Positions 1 through 11,862 of a DNA stretch of 64,000 nt are shown here, piece after piece (the first letter of the stretch is position 1; every line of letters begins with the position of its first letter). Origin of the DNA: Eledone cirrhosa (Eukaryota); the NCBI GenBank assembly GCA_964016885.1, contig OZ024757.1, positions 10,974,001 to 11,038,000 of the forward strand. Reading direction: 5' to 3'. The translations under genes were made by a program, and so were the position numbers. The notes under the pieces are model-generated. The model was given only the letters and a program-made list of their open reading frames with translations. It searched no databases and was not told where the DNA came from.

Positions 1-11
1 TATATATATGT

Positions 12-88
<77 letters not shown>

Positions 89-118
89 TATATGTATGTA
101 TATATATATATATGTATG

Positions 119-149
<31 letters not shown>

Positions 150-222
150 ATATATATATATATGTGTATGTATATATGTATGTATATATATATATGTATG
201 TATGTATATATATATGTATGTA
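1..222. repeat. (TA)n/(TATG)n compound microsatellite
   Basis: Pure TA/TATG units up to the 3' end of the adjacent retrotransposon. Confidence 0.97.
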
Positions 223-3200
223 TTTTCTCTTTCTCTTAATTTCGAGTATATTTTTTGACCGGCCACCTTCCTGGTGGCAAGGTTGTAAAAGAAAAGAAAT
301 TATCATCCCTTGAATCGCAAGAATGTTTTGCAAATTTTGAAGGTGCCATCTATCGCAGTCATTTGTAGACTATGAATTAGGGTGCTGCGTTTTTGTCCGC
401 AAGTCCAAGTTCAGTCATACTTTGGTCCAAGCGGGTTGGTATATAACCCGTAGCACCAATAATGATGGGTATGAAGCTAAAGGTGTATCTTGGATACTGG
501 ATTTGTAAACTCTTCATCAATGGTCCGTAGATGTCCTCCTTCTCCTGTATTTTTCTGACAACGTTTACATCAAGTGTGCAGCTGATCTCCACAACAGAAC
601 ACGTTTTCAATGTGTGGTCCCAAACTGCAATATCAGGCCGGTTGTGCTTTAATCTGGTGGCAGTTTTTATTTTCAGGTTCCACCAGTATTCCTTAGTGCC
701 ATCTGTCTCAATATATTCTTCCTCGTTTGTTGTTAATTTTGTTTTCCGAAGTGCGTTCCAGATGGTTCTAGCTATCCCCTCGTGTCTCATGGGGAGGTAG
801 TAGCGAGATGACATTCTTTTGCAGCTGGCAACAATGTGGCTTACATCCTCGATCTTTGTTTTACATAGCCTACATTTATTGTCAGCTGCTGGCCCTCCTC
901 TTTTGTGCAGCATATATTTGGCAGGGAGTTCTTGTTCCTGTATTGCATAGAGATATCCCTCAAGGTGTGATGTCATAAACTTGTCGGAACTCCATGCCAG
1001 GCTTTTTGAGTGGTTTATCCCTCTATGGTCTGTGTTTTACGCCTCAAGTATCCATGCACAACTTTTTCTGTAAATTAGTCAATTTTTTCATCTTGTTTGA
1101 ACATTGAATATGATCTTCCGATTTCTCTGGGTGAGAGATTTATATCAGGCTTTATTCCATATCTCTCCTCCAGATCAGTCGCTATTCTAATGATATTTAT
1201 TTTTTCATGCTCATAAACCTGGGCAAGATGGTTGCCAACCTTTTTCCTCTATTGAAGGTGTTGCTTCAGTGTTACTATCCGGGTCTCATATGTTGTTAAT
1301 ATTGATTTTAGACCCCGGCCACCTTCCTTGCGTGAGAAGTATAGCCTATCCACATCACCATTGATGTTAAAGTTGCCAGTAACACTGAGAAGTTTTCGAG
1401 TTCTAACATCCATCTCACTTAGTTCTTGCAATGACCAGTTCAGTAGGCCAAATGTTGGCGTTAGAATTGGCACAGCATAAGTATTGTGGGCGATGTATTT
1501 GTTGTATGCTGACAGCTCTGATGACCATATTTTCTTTACTCTTCTGAGGTATTCAGTTCTGGTTCTCTCCTTCTTTATCGGTCCATCATATCTGACATTC
1601 TCATCCTGTCCAAGATATCTGTAGTTGTCACCTGACTGCATAGGTTGTATTGTCAGGCCGTTCATCTCTAGATTTCTAGAGGAGGGCACAACTATTCCAC
1701 GTTTTACTGCCAAATATGCACACTTGGACTCACCAAATTTCATTTTGATGTCGGTTGAAAATTGTGTAATGAGGCCCAATTGTTTCTTGATGTCATTGAT
1801 ATTTGGCCCATACAACTTCAGGTTATCAACAAAGAAAAGATGGGAGATACTTCTGGGCCCACTTCTTTGTCCACCTTGTTTCCTGAGTAGGTAAGACAGT
1901 GGATTCAGTGAGAGAACGAAGAGTAGCACTGACAAGCTATCACCCTGAAAGATGCCTTCTGGTAATGTATCTTATCAGTCTTAACCTGCTCCTCTCACCT
2001 CTAAGGATCAAATTGGTGTACCAGTTCTTGGTCAGGCGTTCAACAGCAGCTACCAATGGTTGTGGGACTTTAGCTAACTGTAAAGCCTTAATAATCCACC
2101 CATGAGGTACACTATCAAAATGCTTTTTGATAGTCCAGCCACACGACAGTCATGTTTCTGCGATTCCTTGTTGTTTTTACCTGAATTATTTTGTTAGTTA
2201 GTAGGTGATCTATGCAACCCCACACCTCCCACTTTCCACCAGCTTGCTCAGGTGTTATGATGTTGTTGGTAGCACAGTGATCCTGTAAGAACAGGTTAAG
2301 GCACCCAGTATATAATTTATACATGATGTTTTCGCAGGCAATTGGGCGGTAATTTTTAGCAAGGGTGGTTTGGCTATTTTGGGGAATGAGGAGAGTAGTG
2401 GCAGTTGATAACCATCTGGGCAGTTCTTGTGTGCCCTTAATGTTTTCTGTAAACAGCCGTATGAGATCTTGCCGATAGAAAGTGAAATTCTTCAACCAGT
2501 ATCCTGTAATGAGGTCTGGGCCTGGCGATTTCCTATTCGACATTTTCTGTAGAGCTGTTTCCAGTATTGACCCATCTATGTCATATTGTTTTGTCTGGAC
2601 ATGTTGGCAGTAGTCCTGTTCCAGTTCTTTTAGCCAATTAGCTTGTCTGTTGAATCCTTCATCCGTTTCCCATACAGATCTCCAGTAGCTCTCAACCTGT
2701 TCTTTTGAAGGGGTGTCGTTTACAGGGATTGAGCTTTTGCCACCGAAGCTGCGATAAACTGATTTAGGATCTCTGGCAAACAATCTATTTAGCACTTGTC
2801 GTTGACTTATATTTTAGTCTTTCTGTTGTAGCTGTGAGTTGTTGTTTCAACTGGTGTAATTTGGAGTTCAAAGTTTTAAATTTTGTATCTCCAAATCGTC
2901 TCTCTACCTTTTTCTTTAGGTCTTCCTGGTGTCGTGTGAAGTTGCTCTCTATGTTGCATTTCATAACGACTGCGATGTGTGAGATACTTCGTCTCAGGGA
3001 CAAACTTTTGGTTTTAAAATTTCGCATCCATGCTGGTTCAGGCTTTCTGTTTGTATCTTGATTGCGTGGTTTTAGATGTGTGTTATATGATAGCAATGTG
3101 ACAGCTGAAACATATAACAAAACATTAAGCGTTTCAGATGTCGTTTCTACATCTTTAGATCGTATAGCCTTCAGATAATTGCCAGCTATTTCGTTCACCG

Positions 3201-4086
3201 CTTCCAATTCTGTTAGATTTATCTGGCCATTCTCTTTGTCTGTCAGTGGAGGTGGGGTGGTTGTCTACAAGGGCTCTATTTGTAGTATCACTCAATTCCG
3301 TTAGATGTATCAATTTACATCTAATGATACGTTTTGCCTGTTCATTTAGATGCTTTGGAGAAAAGACTAATTCTGGGTGTTTGGAGTTCCATAAAGTGTT
3401 TAGCCTTTGCATAAAACCGAACTTTTGGGGTTCAGATTGTTTGTATGCTTCATATAATACTTTGTTAAGCTCGTAGCTCCACTGTGTACAACGGTTGTAG
3501 TTGCGATTTGGTCGCAGGAGACTTGTACTTTTTGCCATGATGAGTTCGTCTATTCACTAATATTTCGTATTTATTTTTCAAAATAGTCGATGATCTTCTT
3601 TAAAAGTTACGACAAAGTTCTGTCAGAATCCAATTTAAAGTTATTCACAGCTTGGGTAATATTTCTTTTCAGTTAGTTTTTAATTCTACAACTGTGTTTT
3701 AAACGTTCTTGAATCGTTTGAATCGAGAACAAAAAGAACTTAGTATATTCATATAAATAGGTATTCAACAACGTATTCACAACATATTCCCAGTTCAAAC
3801 ACTTATATTTTTGTTTCTGAATCGAAAACGTTACTTGTATATTGCTTTATAAATGTAATATAACAACGTTGCATTTATATGTTAAAGTGTATGTATCGTT
3901 CATATATCATAAGTGTATGTATCGTTCATATAAATAGGTGTTTTACAACACACTTACAGTTCAAACACTTATGTAGAATTATTGTATGTAATCTTACCGC
4001 GTAATGTAGCTGAACTTTTTCCAATATATGGTATGTTGCCTTCATGTAAGCCGTAATTACACACGTCCGATTATCGGACACTGACG
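223..4086 (-). mobile_element. R4/Dong-clade non-LTR retrotransposon (RT + CCHC + restriction-like endonuclease), near full length, frameshifted and inactive
   Basis: ORF pieces 3538-3155, 3207-2785, 2795-2115, 1935-1249 and 976-377 join into one ORF. Motifs: R4-like N-terminus (QWSYELNKVLYEAY...LW...P...LNEQAKRI); RT (KSPGPD, NYRPIAC, WLDYQKAF, LLFVLSLNPLS, HLFFVDNLKLY with a D>N change, YRYLG); CRLC..EDVSHIVASC zinc knuckle; RH; RPD..E..K endonuclease; terminal [16 protein letters not shown] with stop at 305-303. The 5' boundary is taken where the microsatellite resumes. Confidence 0.9.
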
Positions 4087-4139
4087 TATGTATGTATGTA
4101 TATATATATGTATGTATGTATATATATATATATGTAAGT

Positions 4140-4173
<34 letters not shown>

Positions 4174-4178
4174 GTATA

Positions 4179-4243
<65 letters not shown>

Positions 4244-4345
4244 TGTATGTATGTATATGTATGTAAGTATATATGTATGTATATATATATATATATATGT
4301 ACGTATATATATATATGTATGTATATATATATATATGTATGTATA

Positions 4346-4378
<33 letters not shown>

Positions 4379-4395
4379 ATATATATGTATGTATG
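4087..4395. repeat. (TA)n/(TATG)n microsatellite
   Basis: Seen directly. Confidence 0.97.
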
Positions 4396-4563
4396 TTTTC
4401 TCTTTCTCTTAATTTCGAGTATATTTTTTTGACCGGCCACCTTCCTGGTGGCAAGGTTGTAAAAGAAAAGAAATTGTCATCCCTTGAATAGCAAGAATGT
4501 TTTGCAAATTTTGAAGGTGCCAGCTATCGCAGCCATTTGTAGACTAAGAATTAGGGAGCTGCG
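4396..4563 (-). mobile_element. 5'-truncated second copy (3' end only) of the R4/Dong element
   Basis: Close but not identical copy of 223-390, with the last ORF codons, the GCCACC-TTCCT-GGTGGC hairpin and the same 3' terminus. Confidence 0.92.
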
Positions 4564-4583
4564 CATATATATATGTATGTATG

Positions 4584-4660
<77 letters not shown>

Positions 4661-4712
4661 ATGTATATATATATGTATGTATATGTATATATATATATGT
4701 ATGTATATGTAT
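4564..4712. repeat. (TA)n/(TATG)n microsatellite
   Basis: Seen directly. Confidence 0.97.
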
Positions 4713-4800
4713 ATAACTTTGAATAACTTTGAAATGTTTTGGCCAGTATTGGCCCAGGCCATGTCTAACTTAATAGCACCACCTGGCGAAGTCTTTCAAT

Positions 4801-7800
4801 TCAGGATTTGGGCACCATGGCCCATTCGAGAAGAGAATTACTGTTTGCGGAGACATATCCGGGTGTGGGTGGTTTGTCCGGGATTACTTGGAGGAATTTG
4901 TCCAAAGACTTCTTGAATTTTGTGTGGTCAGTTTCTGTTTTGACGTGTCCTGGTGTGATCTTGAAGAGAGCAGGGCCGATTGAGGTGAAATAATTGTGCC
5001 GTATTGTTGTTATGAGTTGCGATTTAGATTTTTGAATGGGACGGATAGCACGGGGCCCAAGCCTTGGGTGTATCTTGAAGGCGATGCCAACATCATTTGG
5101 GCAGTGATGATGGAACATTTTCCACATCATGCAGATAATATAACGCTCACGGCGACGTTGGAGTGAGTAAAGTTTCAGGTTTTCCAATCGACCCCAGTAG
5201 TCAAGGTCTGACATGCCATCTATCTTTTTCGTGATTGCCCTTTGAGGAGCTTCAAGTTTCATGATACTTTGTTTCGTGTGGGGAGACCACAGTGGACAAC
5301 AGTATTCAAGGTGTGGTCGGGCGAAAGTAGAGAAGAGAAGGATAATGGTGCGGGAATCTCGACTGGAAGGTTCTGAGGATCCAGGAACACATTCTGCGGG
5401 CCATGTCAACTTTGCTGCTTATATGCGTGGTCCAGCTTATGTTGCTGTCCACGGTTACTCCCAAGTCTCTGATGTTGTTAGATGCCACGAGAGTTTCCCC
5501 GGAGGGAAGGGAGTACGGGAGTTTCAGAGCATCCTCTTTTCCAAAGTGGATCAGTTCGAATTTGTCTTCGTTCAGTAACATGTTGTTCTTTTCTGCCCAT
5601 TGGGTAACAGCCAGTAGGTCTGACTGAAGGCTTATCCGGTCATCCACGCCATTGATGACCTTTTGGAGCTTGGAATCATCAGCGAAAATTTTAATGTTGC
5701 TGTGTTTGATGATGTCAGTGATGTCATTAATATAGATGATGAAGAGAAGTGGGCCCAACACAGTGCCTTGTGGGACTCCACTACTGACTTTGGCTGGGCT
5801 TGATTTGACTCCCTCAACTACAACATGTTGGGTTCTGTTTGACAGGAAGCTCTTGATCCACTGCAGCAGCTTTCCAGTGACACCAATATTGGACAGCTTT
5901 CTCAGTAGAATGTTATGATCAACCCTGTCAAAGGCCTTGCTGAAATCAAGGTAGATAACATCAGTGTTGGAACCCTCTCCCAAGGCTCTCAAAATGTCAT
6001 CAAAGTGATGCAGTAGTTGCGTCAGGCAATCCCTTCCATTACGGAATCCATGCTGGTTGGAGTTCAGCATATTGTTACTCTCAAGGAAGTGGGTCATTCG
6101 CGATCTCACCACTCGCTCAAATACCTTAATGATATGAGAGGTGAGTGAGATTGGACGGTAATTCACGGCAAGGGATTTGTTTCCCTTTTTGAAAACTGGG
6201 ACAACAGACTGGGATAGAAGGTTTTCTGGCACATATCCAGCATCCAGTGAGTTCCGCCACAGATTGGCAAGAGGAGAAGCAAGTTGGTGTTGACACGCCT
6301 TCAAGACACAAGCAGGGAACCTATCGGGACCTACTGCTGAATTATGCTTGATTTCCTTTATTGCCGCCAAGACATCAGGGGCGCCAAACGTTATGTCCGA
6401 TAAGGTGTAATGGGGAGTAACATCGCCGATACAGCCCAGATCGGCCATATCAGGATTGCTGAAAACAGAGCAGTATTGTTTCTGCAGTATCTCACCCATG
6501 GTTTTAGCATTGTCTTGAAGAGTGCCATTTTCATCAATTAGAGGGCCAACAGTAGAGCCAGTGATTTTGTGTTTTTTTGCAAATGAAAAGAACACTTTGG
6601 GATTGAGTTTGATCTTCTCAATGGCCCAGGCCTCTTCAGCTCTTCTCTGATTGTTGATGAGGGACATTATGTTGTTTTGGAGGTTATGTTTTTTAATCTC
6701 TAGTGATGAAATGGCAGTCAAGTTGATGTGTTGCTGCTGACAGTATTTCAGATTGTTGATTTTTTTGTTCGTTCTCTTAATTTTTCTGATGAGCGTTTTT
6801 CTATTTCTAGGGATTCTGCTCTTAGATTTGTTTATAGTTCTTAATGGGGTGTGTTTAGCACATATGTTTGTAACAGTGTCCACAAATGTCTGCCAGGACT
6901 TTTTGATGTTAGTGGGTGTATGAGTGTGCGTGAAGGACCAGTCGACATGTGCAAGATCATGACTGATCGCTTCCCAGTTTGCATTGTGGAAATCCATAGC
7001 GTCAAACGGATGGACAGGAGAAATGACATTGGGTTTGTATATTGGACGGTGGAATCTCAGATCACAGAGAACCATGTCATGATCAGAGAGTAGAGTTTTC
7101 TCCACTGCAATATTGTGGATATTGTCAGTGTGATTGCTGAAAATTAAGTCTAGGACGTTTTTGTGGCACCTCGTTGGTTCGAGCACTAGTTGGGATAGGA
7201 AGAAATCATCCATGAAGTCAAGAAGCGATTCCACAGCTTCCCTGTCAGAGGTTGAGGCAGAAGAACCTGGTGGCAGGGTGTTTGTGGACCAGTCAACTCC
7301 GGGGAGGTTGAAGTCCCCCATCATTAAGATGTTGTCAGGGTGACACTCTTGGATGAAACACTTTATGCTGTTGAGGCATTCCTTGAAGCATGGTACAGGC
7401 GTTTGGGGTGGCCTATAGAGCCCAACTACTAATAGGTTGTTGGTTTGACTGAATACAGTGACTGCCTCACAGTATCCATTAGTGAATATGTTCATAGCCT
7501 CTGTTGAGAAAGAATTATGGACATAAATGGCAGTTCCGCCCTTTCTTCTGCCAGCGCGATCAGCACGGATGGCTTTGAAATTTTTCACTTTCACCTCGGC
7601 TTCCAAGTGGAGGTTACTGAGATGGGTTTCAGTGAGGACGAAGAAAGGGATGTGGTTTGGATGGACATCAATCCAGTCCTCCAGGAATTTGATCTTCCAT
7701 TTTTGAGTATTGGTGGAAGGGCTGATGCCTTGGGCGTTAAGCAAAAATGTAGAGGCGAGAGTGGATGGTTTTAATTGTTTTGGTGTGTTGTTAATTTGTT

Positions 7801-7819
7801 TGTTTGTTAATGGCAGCAA
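4801..7819 (-). pseudogene. CR1 ORF2 (AP endonuclease + reverse transcriptase) with one frameshift near 5355-5362
   Basis: APE motifs LNAQGI, TETHL, YRPP, GDFN, LDL, SDH. RT motifs YRPISLTS, QHGFR, YLDFSKAFDRV, SGVPQGTVLGPLLF, FADD, RDLGV. CR1 C-terminus RPHLEYC..WSPH and LYSLQRRRER lies in the 5409-4801 frame. Confidence 0.93.
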
Positions 7820-8388
7820 TGGGAGTTTGTGCAGTGGGGTGATAGTGGAGGGTGGTGCTGGGTGATAGCTCGAATGTTTTTTTCCAGTTCTTTTGCCAGA
7901 TTCATTATGGCTAAAAAAGAGGAAGAAGTTTCCTGTTTAGAAGACTGTTGGTGACTGTGGTAGTGGTTATTTTTATGTAGGTTATGGTTTTTGTTTTTGC
8001 TTTTATTTTTAATTTTATTTTCATTTATCCGACGGGTCCCCGGGAGATGGGTAAAGGGACAATCCCGGTCTAAACACAATCTGTCTCGCAGGGAAAAACG
8101 GCAGATTTGTGGATTCCTTGTTTGAGTTATTGGTGGTTGTGTTGGTGTTAAATTAGAGTATGTATTATGGTGGTGGCTGTTTGTGGGGATAGATCGTTTT
8201 GTCCTAGGTAAATGGGTGAATTTGCAGCCACTATCCGTACATATTCTATAGCGTAGAGAGTAGCGGCAAATGATGGGGTTTCGAGTGGGTGGGTATGTGG
8301 GTGTGGGTGTTGTGGAGGTGTAGATGATGGTTTGGGTAGGATTTGACGACCTTTGTGGACTGTGGGAGGGAGAGTTCTTGTTCTGGTA
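7807..8388 (-). CDS. CR1 ORF1 C-terminal remnant with two C-x8-C-x4-C-x3-H zinc fingers
   Basis: Hand translation of one open frame: [19 protein letters not shown] (from 8268) and [19 protein letters not shown] (from 8103), continuous with the 8079-7807 ORF. Confidence 0.8.
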   Translation of the reverse strand, partial: YQNKNSPSHSPQRSSNPTQTIIYTSTTPTPTYPPTRNPIICRYSLRYRICTDSGCKFTHLPRTKRSIPTNSHHHNTYSNLTPTQPPITQTRNPQICRFSLRDRLCLDRDCPFTHLPGTRRINENKIKNKSKNKNHNLHKNNHYHSHQQSSKQETSSSFLAIMNLAKELEKNIRAITQHHPPLSPHCTNSHCCH

Positions 8389-8397
8389 TTAGAAGGT

Positions 8398-8804
8398 ATA
8401 TATATATGTATGTATATGTATATATATATATGTATGTATATGTATATATATATATATGTATGTATATGTATATATATATATGTATGTATATGTATATATA
8501 TATATATATGTATGTATATGTATATATATATATATGTATGTATGTATATGTATATATATATGTATGTATGTATATGTATATATATGTATGTATATATATA
8601 TGTATGTATGTATATGTATATATATATGTATTATGTATATATATATATGTATGTATATGTATATATATATGTATGTATATATATATGTATGTATATGTAT
8701 ATATGTATGTATATGTATATATATATATATATGTATGTATATGTATATATATATATATGTATGTATATGTATATATATATATGTATGTGTATGTATATAT
8801 ATAT

Positions 8805-8876
<72 letters not shown>

Positions 8877-8905
8877 ATGTATGTGTATTTATGTATCTAT
8901 GTATG

Positions 8906-8950
<45 letters not shown>

Positions 8951-9003
8951 ATGTATGTATATGTATATATATATATATGTATGTATGTATCTATGTATGT
9001 ATG

Positions 9004-9034
<31 letters not shown>

Positions 9035-9104
9035 CTATGTATGTATGTATGTATATATATATATATATATGTATGTATCTATGTATGTATGTATATATAT
9101 ATAT
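8398..9104. repeat. (TA)n/(TATG)n/(TATC) compound microsatellite, ~700 bp
   Basis: Seen directly. Confidence 0.97.
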
Positions 9105-9447
9105 GGAGGCACATGGCTTAGTGGTTAGAGCATTGGTCTTGCAATCGAAAGGTTGTGAGTTATTTTCTCAGACCGGGTGATGTGTTGTTTCCTTGAGCAA
9201 GGAACTTTATTTCACATTGCTCCAGTTTACTCAGCTGTAGAAATGAGATGATAGGGACTAGGGTCCCTAGCATTCCACTGCAAAGTGGTCGTGGAGGTGC
9301 CACGGCAAAAAAAAAGCACCCAGCACTCACTGTAAATGAGGTTGGTGTTAGGAAGGGCATCCAGCTGTAGAAATCAAGCCAGAATCAGTTCCCGTCCCAC
9401 CCTTGCAAGCAGGGGAAAGTGGATGTAAAATGAAATGATGATGATGA
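9105..9447 (+). mobile_element. tRNA-derived SINE with CORE-like central domain and RTE-type tail
   Basis: Head GGAGGCACATGGCTTAGTGGTTAGAGC (A box); CCTTGAGCAAG...CTCAGCTGTAGAAATG core; AGGAAGGGCATCCAGCTGTAGAA segment; hairpin plus (GAT)n tail shared with the neighbouring RTE 3' end. Confidence 0.8.
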
Positions 9448-9450
9448 TAT

Positions 9451-9806
9451 ATGCTCTGTTGGATGTGCAATGTCAATGTGCGTGAACGACCAAGCATAGA
9501 TGAGTTGAGAGAGAAACTGGGTATAAGAGGGATAAGTTGTGGTGTGCAGGAGAGGAGACTGAGATGGTATGGCCATGTGATGCTCATGGAAGATGAGCGC
9601 TGGGTAAAGAAGTGCCAGTAGATCCCAATAGAAGGAAGACCACAAAAACACGAGTAGAGGTGGTGAGAGCAGACCTCAGATCGCTGAAACTCAGCGAGGA
9701 GATGACGAAGGACTGTGACAAATGGAGAGATGCTGTGCTGAATAGGACCCTTCCCACCCTTGAAAGCAGGGAAAAGTGGAAGTAAAATGATGATGATGAT
9801 GATGAT
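9451..9806 (+). mobile_element. RTE-clade LINE 3' fragment
   Basis: Translates MLCWMCNV...ELREKLG...QERRLRWYGHVMLME and ends in a (GAT)n tail. Confidence 0.85.
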
Positions 9807-10692
9807 ATATATATTTATATTTAATAAAGACATGGCTTCTACAGGACTAGACTTGATTCATTCGGAAGAAATCATGAGGAAGCTTCCTGATTAGAAGCCA
9901 TTTCTATATTAAATATTCATACTCAGGATATGTATTGAGTACCGTACTTACTGTGGTTACCCCAGATTGAACCTGGGATAAACATACATATATGTGTGTG
10001 TGTGTGTGTGTGTGAGAGATGAGACAAACATACATATATATATGTGTGTGTGTGTGAGATCCCGAGTGAAATCGGGATAACCACAGCATATACGGCACTC
10101 AATACATATATATATATATAAATACACACACATATACGTAAAATGTGGAAGGTAATATAAGACTAAACAATGTAAAATAGACGAAAAAGTAAGTTATCTG
10201 GTAATCTTTGTCTTGTTTTTTTGTTGTTGTTGCTGTTGTGTTGGTTTTCTGCTGGCATGTGTAGTGTGTATATAGATATTATACACAAATATACATACAT
10301 GTAGATATGATACCTCAAATAAAATGGTAATTGACAATATCCACAGAAATTGAAGAGAGTGTGTTACACTTTCTTCTGTAATCAGTAAAGTAATCCATGA
10401 TACATTTAAAAAAGATGATATTATATATAAACTGCATCATGGTGAAATTTTATGAAAACGAAAAAGGAGAAAATTAGTGACGGAAATATAAGCAATGTGA
10501 TATAGCGTCCATTATATCGTAGCCGGAAGTATTGACATTTGAAAATATTAAAAGAAGTGAATCTTGAAATAAGCAGGAAAAGATAATGATGGAAACAAGT
10601 TTACCTCTGTTATTTCGAACTTTTGATATGCCCAGTCCCGAAGTATGATGTTTTCTATGACAAAAATTGCATTATATTTTGACTCACCCTTG

Positions 10693-11020
10693 TCATTTCA
10701 TCATCATCATCATTTCATTTTACGTCCGCTTTTTCCCTGCTTGCAAGGGTGGGACAGTAACTGATTTTGGCTTGATTTCTACAGCTGGATGCCCTTCCTA
10801 ACACCAACCTCATTTACAGTGAGTGCTGTATGTATATATATCCTCATCCTCATCATCTTCGTTTAACGTCCATTTTCCACGCTAGCATGGGAAGGTTGGT
10901 CGGGTGACCATGTCTCGCTCATATAGGACTATCTGGCAGGTTTTCTACGGCTGGATGCCCTTCCTAACACCAACCACATTTACAGTGTGGAACTGGGAAC
11001 TTTTTACCGTGTTAGCTACA
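10693..11020 (-). mobile_element. Two 5'-truncated SINE/RTE-tail fragments
   Basis: (ATC)n tails plus GCTGGATGCCCTTCCTAACACCAACC, the reverse complement of part of 9320-9447, present twice (~10693-10828 and ~10842-11020). Confidence 0.8.
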
Positions 11021-11040
11021 CGACCACATTACAGCGTGGA

Positions 11041-11100
<60 letters not shown>

Positions 11101-11169
11101 TATGAAGAGAGAAGAAACATTTAGATATAATTAGTAATAAAATGTATCATACCTAAACTGCTCCTAGAT

Positions 11170-11259
11170 TCCTCGACTACGTAGTTTCGTGGCATAAACA
11201 AAAACAATACATCATAAAGATATAGAGTCCTTGCGAGGTCTGCCGACTTATCAAGAGGA
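11170..11259 (-). ncRNA. Type I hammerhead ribozyme (inverted copy)
   Basis: Reverse complement of 11863-11952 with identical core and stems. Confidence 0.82.
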
Positions 11260-11862
11260 TACCTCATTTTACTAGTCTCAAGAACGCGTCTAGACGACGT
11301 GAGAAAGAATCCCAAAAGGCGGAGGGGGAGATAGTCACGCGATATAACGGTTGAGAAACAGAGCTAAGCCTCTTATAACCCCGAAGAAAATACCACGGAG
11401 GCGGAGGGGGTATTTATATCGAAGCCGTAGAAGAGGTGGTGAAGGAGGCGAGAAGTATGAGTAATGGAAGCTTTCCAGCAGTCCCCACACTTCAAAGATT
11501 GCTCGACCAGAGGGAGTTATTAACAATATATTTAGAAACACACAGATACATGCGAACACACACATATACATGAATGCATCCGCACTCAACTCACGGTTGA
11601 GTCAACTCCCTCTGGTCGAGCAATCTTTGAAGTGTGGGGACTGCTGGAAAGCTTCCATTACTCATACTTCTCGCCCCCTTCACCACCTCTTCTACGGCTT
11701 CGATATAAATACCCCCTCCGCCTCCGTGGTATTTTCTTCGGGGTTATAAGAGGCTTAGCTCTGTTTCTCAACCGTTATATCGCGTGACTATCTCCCCCTC
11801 CGCCTTTTGGGATTCTTTCTCACGTCGTGTAGACGCGTTCTTGAGACTAGTAAAATGAGGTA

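Larger units (their letters stand above)
4713..8397 (-). mobile_element. CR1-group LINE, 5'-truncated within ORF1, young
   Basis: ORF1 remnant plus APE-RT ORF2. Short 3'UTR with a GGCCA-atac-TGGCC stem-loop and a (TTCAAAGTTA)x2 tail. TA microsatellite on both flanks. Confidence 0.93.

Noticed and set aside
223-4563. LTR pair (223-390 and 4396-4563)
   Set aside because: The repeat is the ORF end plus 3'UTR of a non-LTR element, is separated from the body by microsatellite and has diverged; no TG..CA ends, PBS or integrase.
531-7774. Short plus-strand ORFs over the two LINEs
   Set aside because: Antisense shadows of the retrotransposon ORFs with no recognisable motifs.
8-9180. Many [15 protein letters not shown] ORFs (also at 12382-12867 and 23196-23727)
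   Set aside because: Translations of TA/TATG/CA microsatellites, which lack stop codons by composition.
9105-9180. tRNA gene
   Set aside because: The B box and acceptor stem are decayed and the sequence continues into a SINE core and tail.
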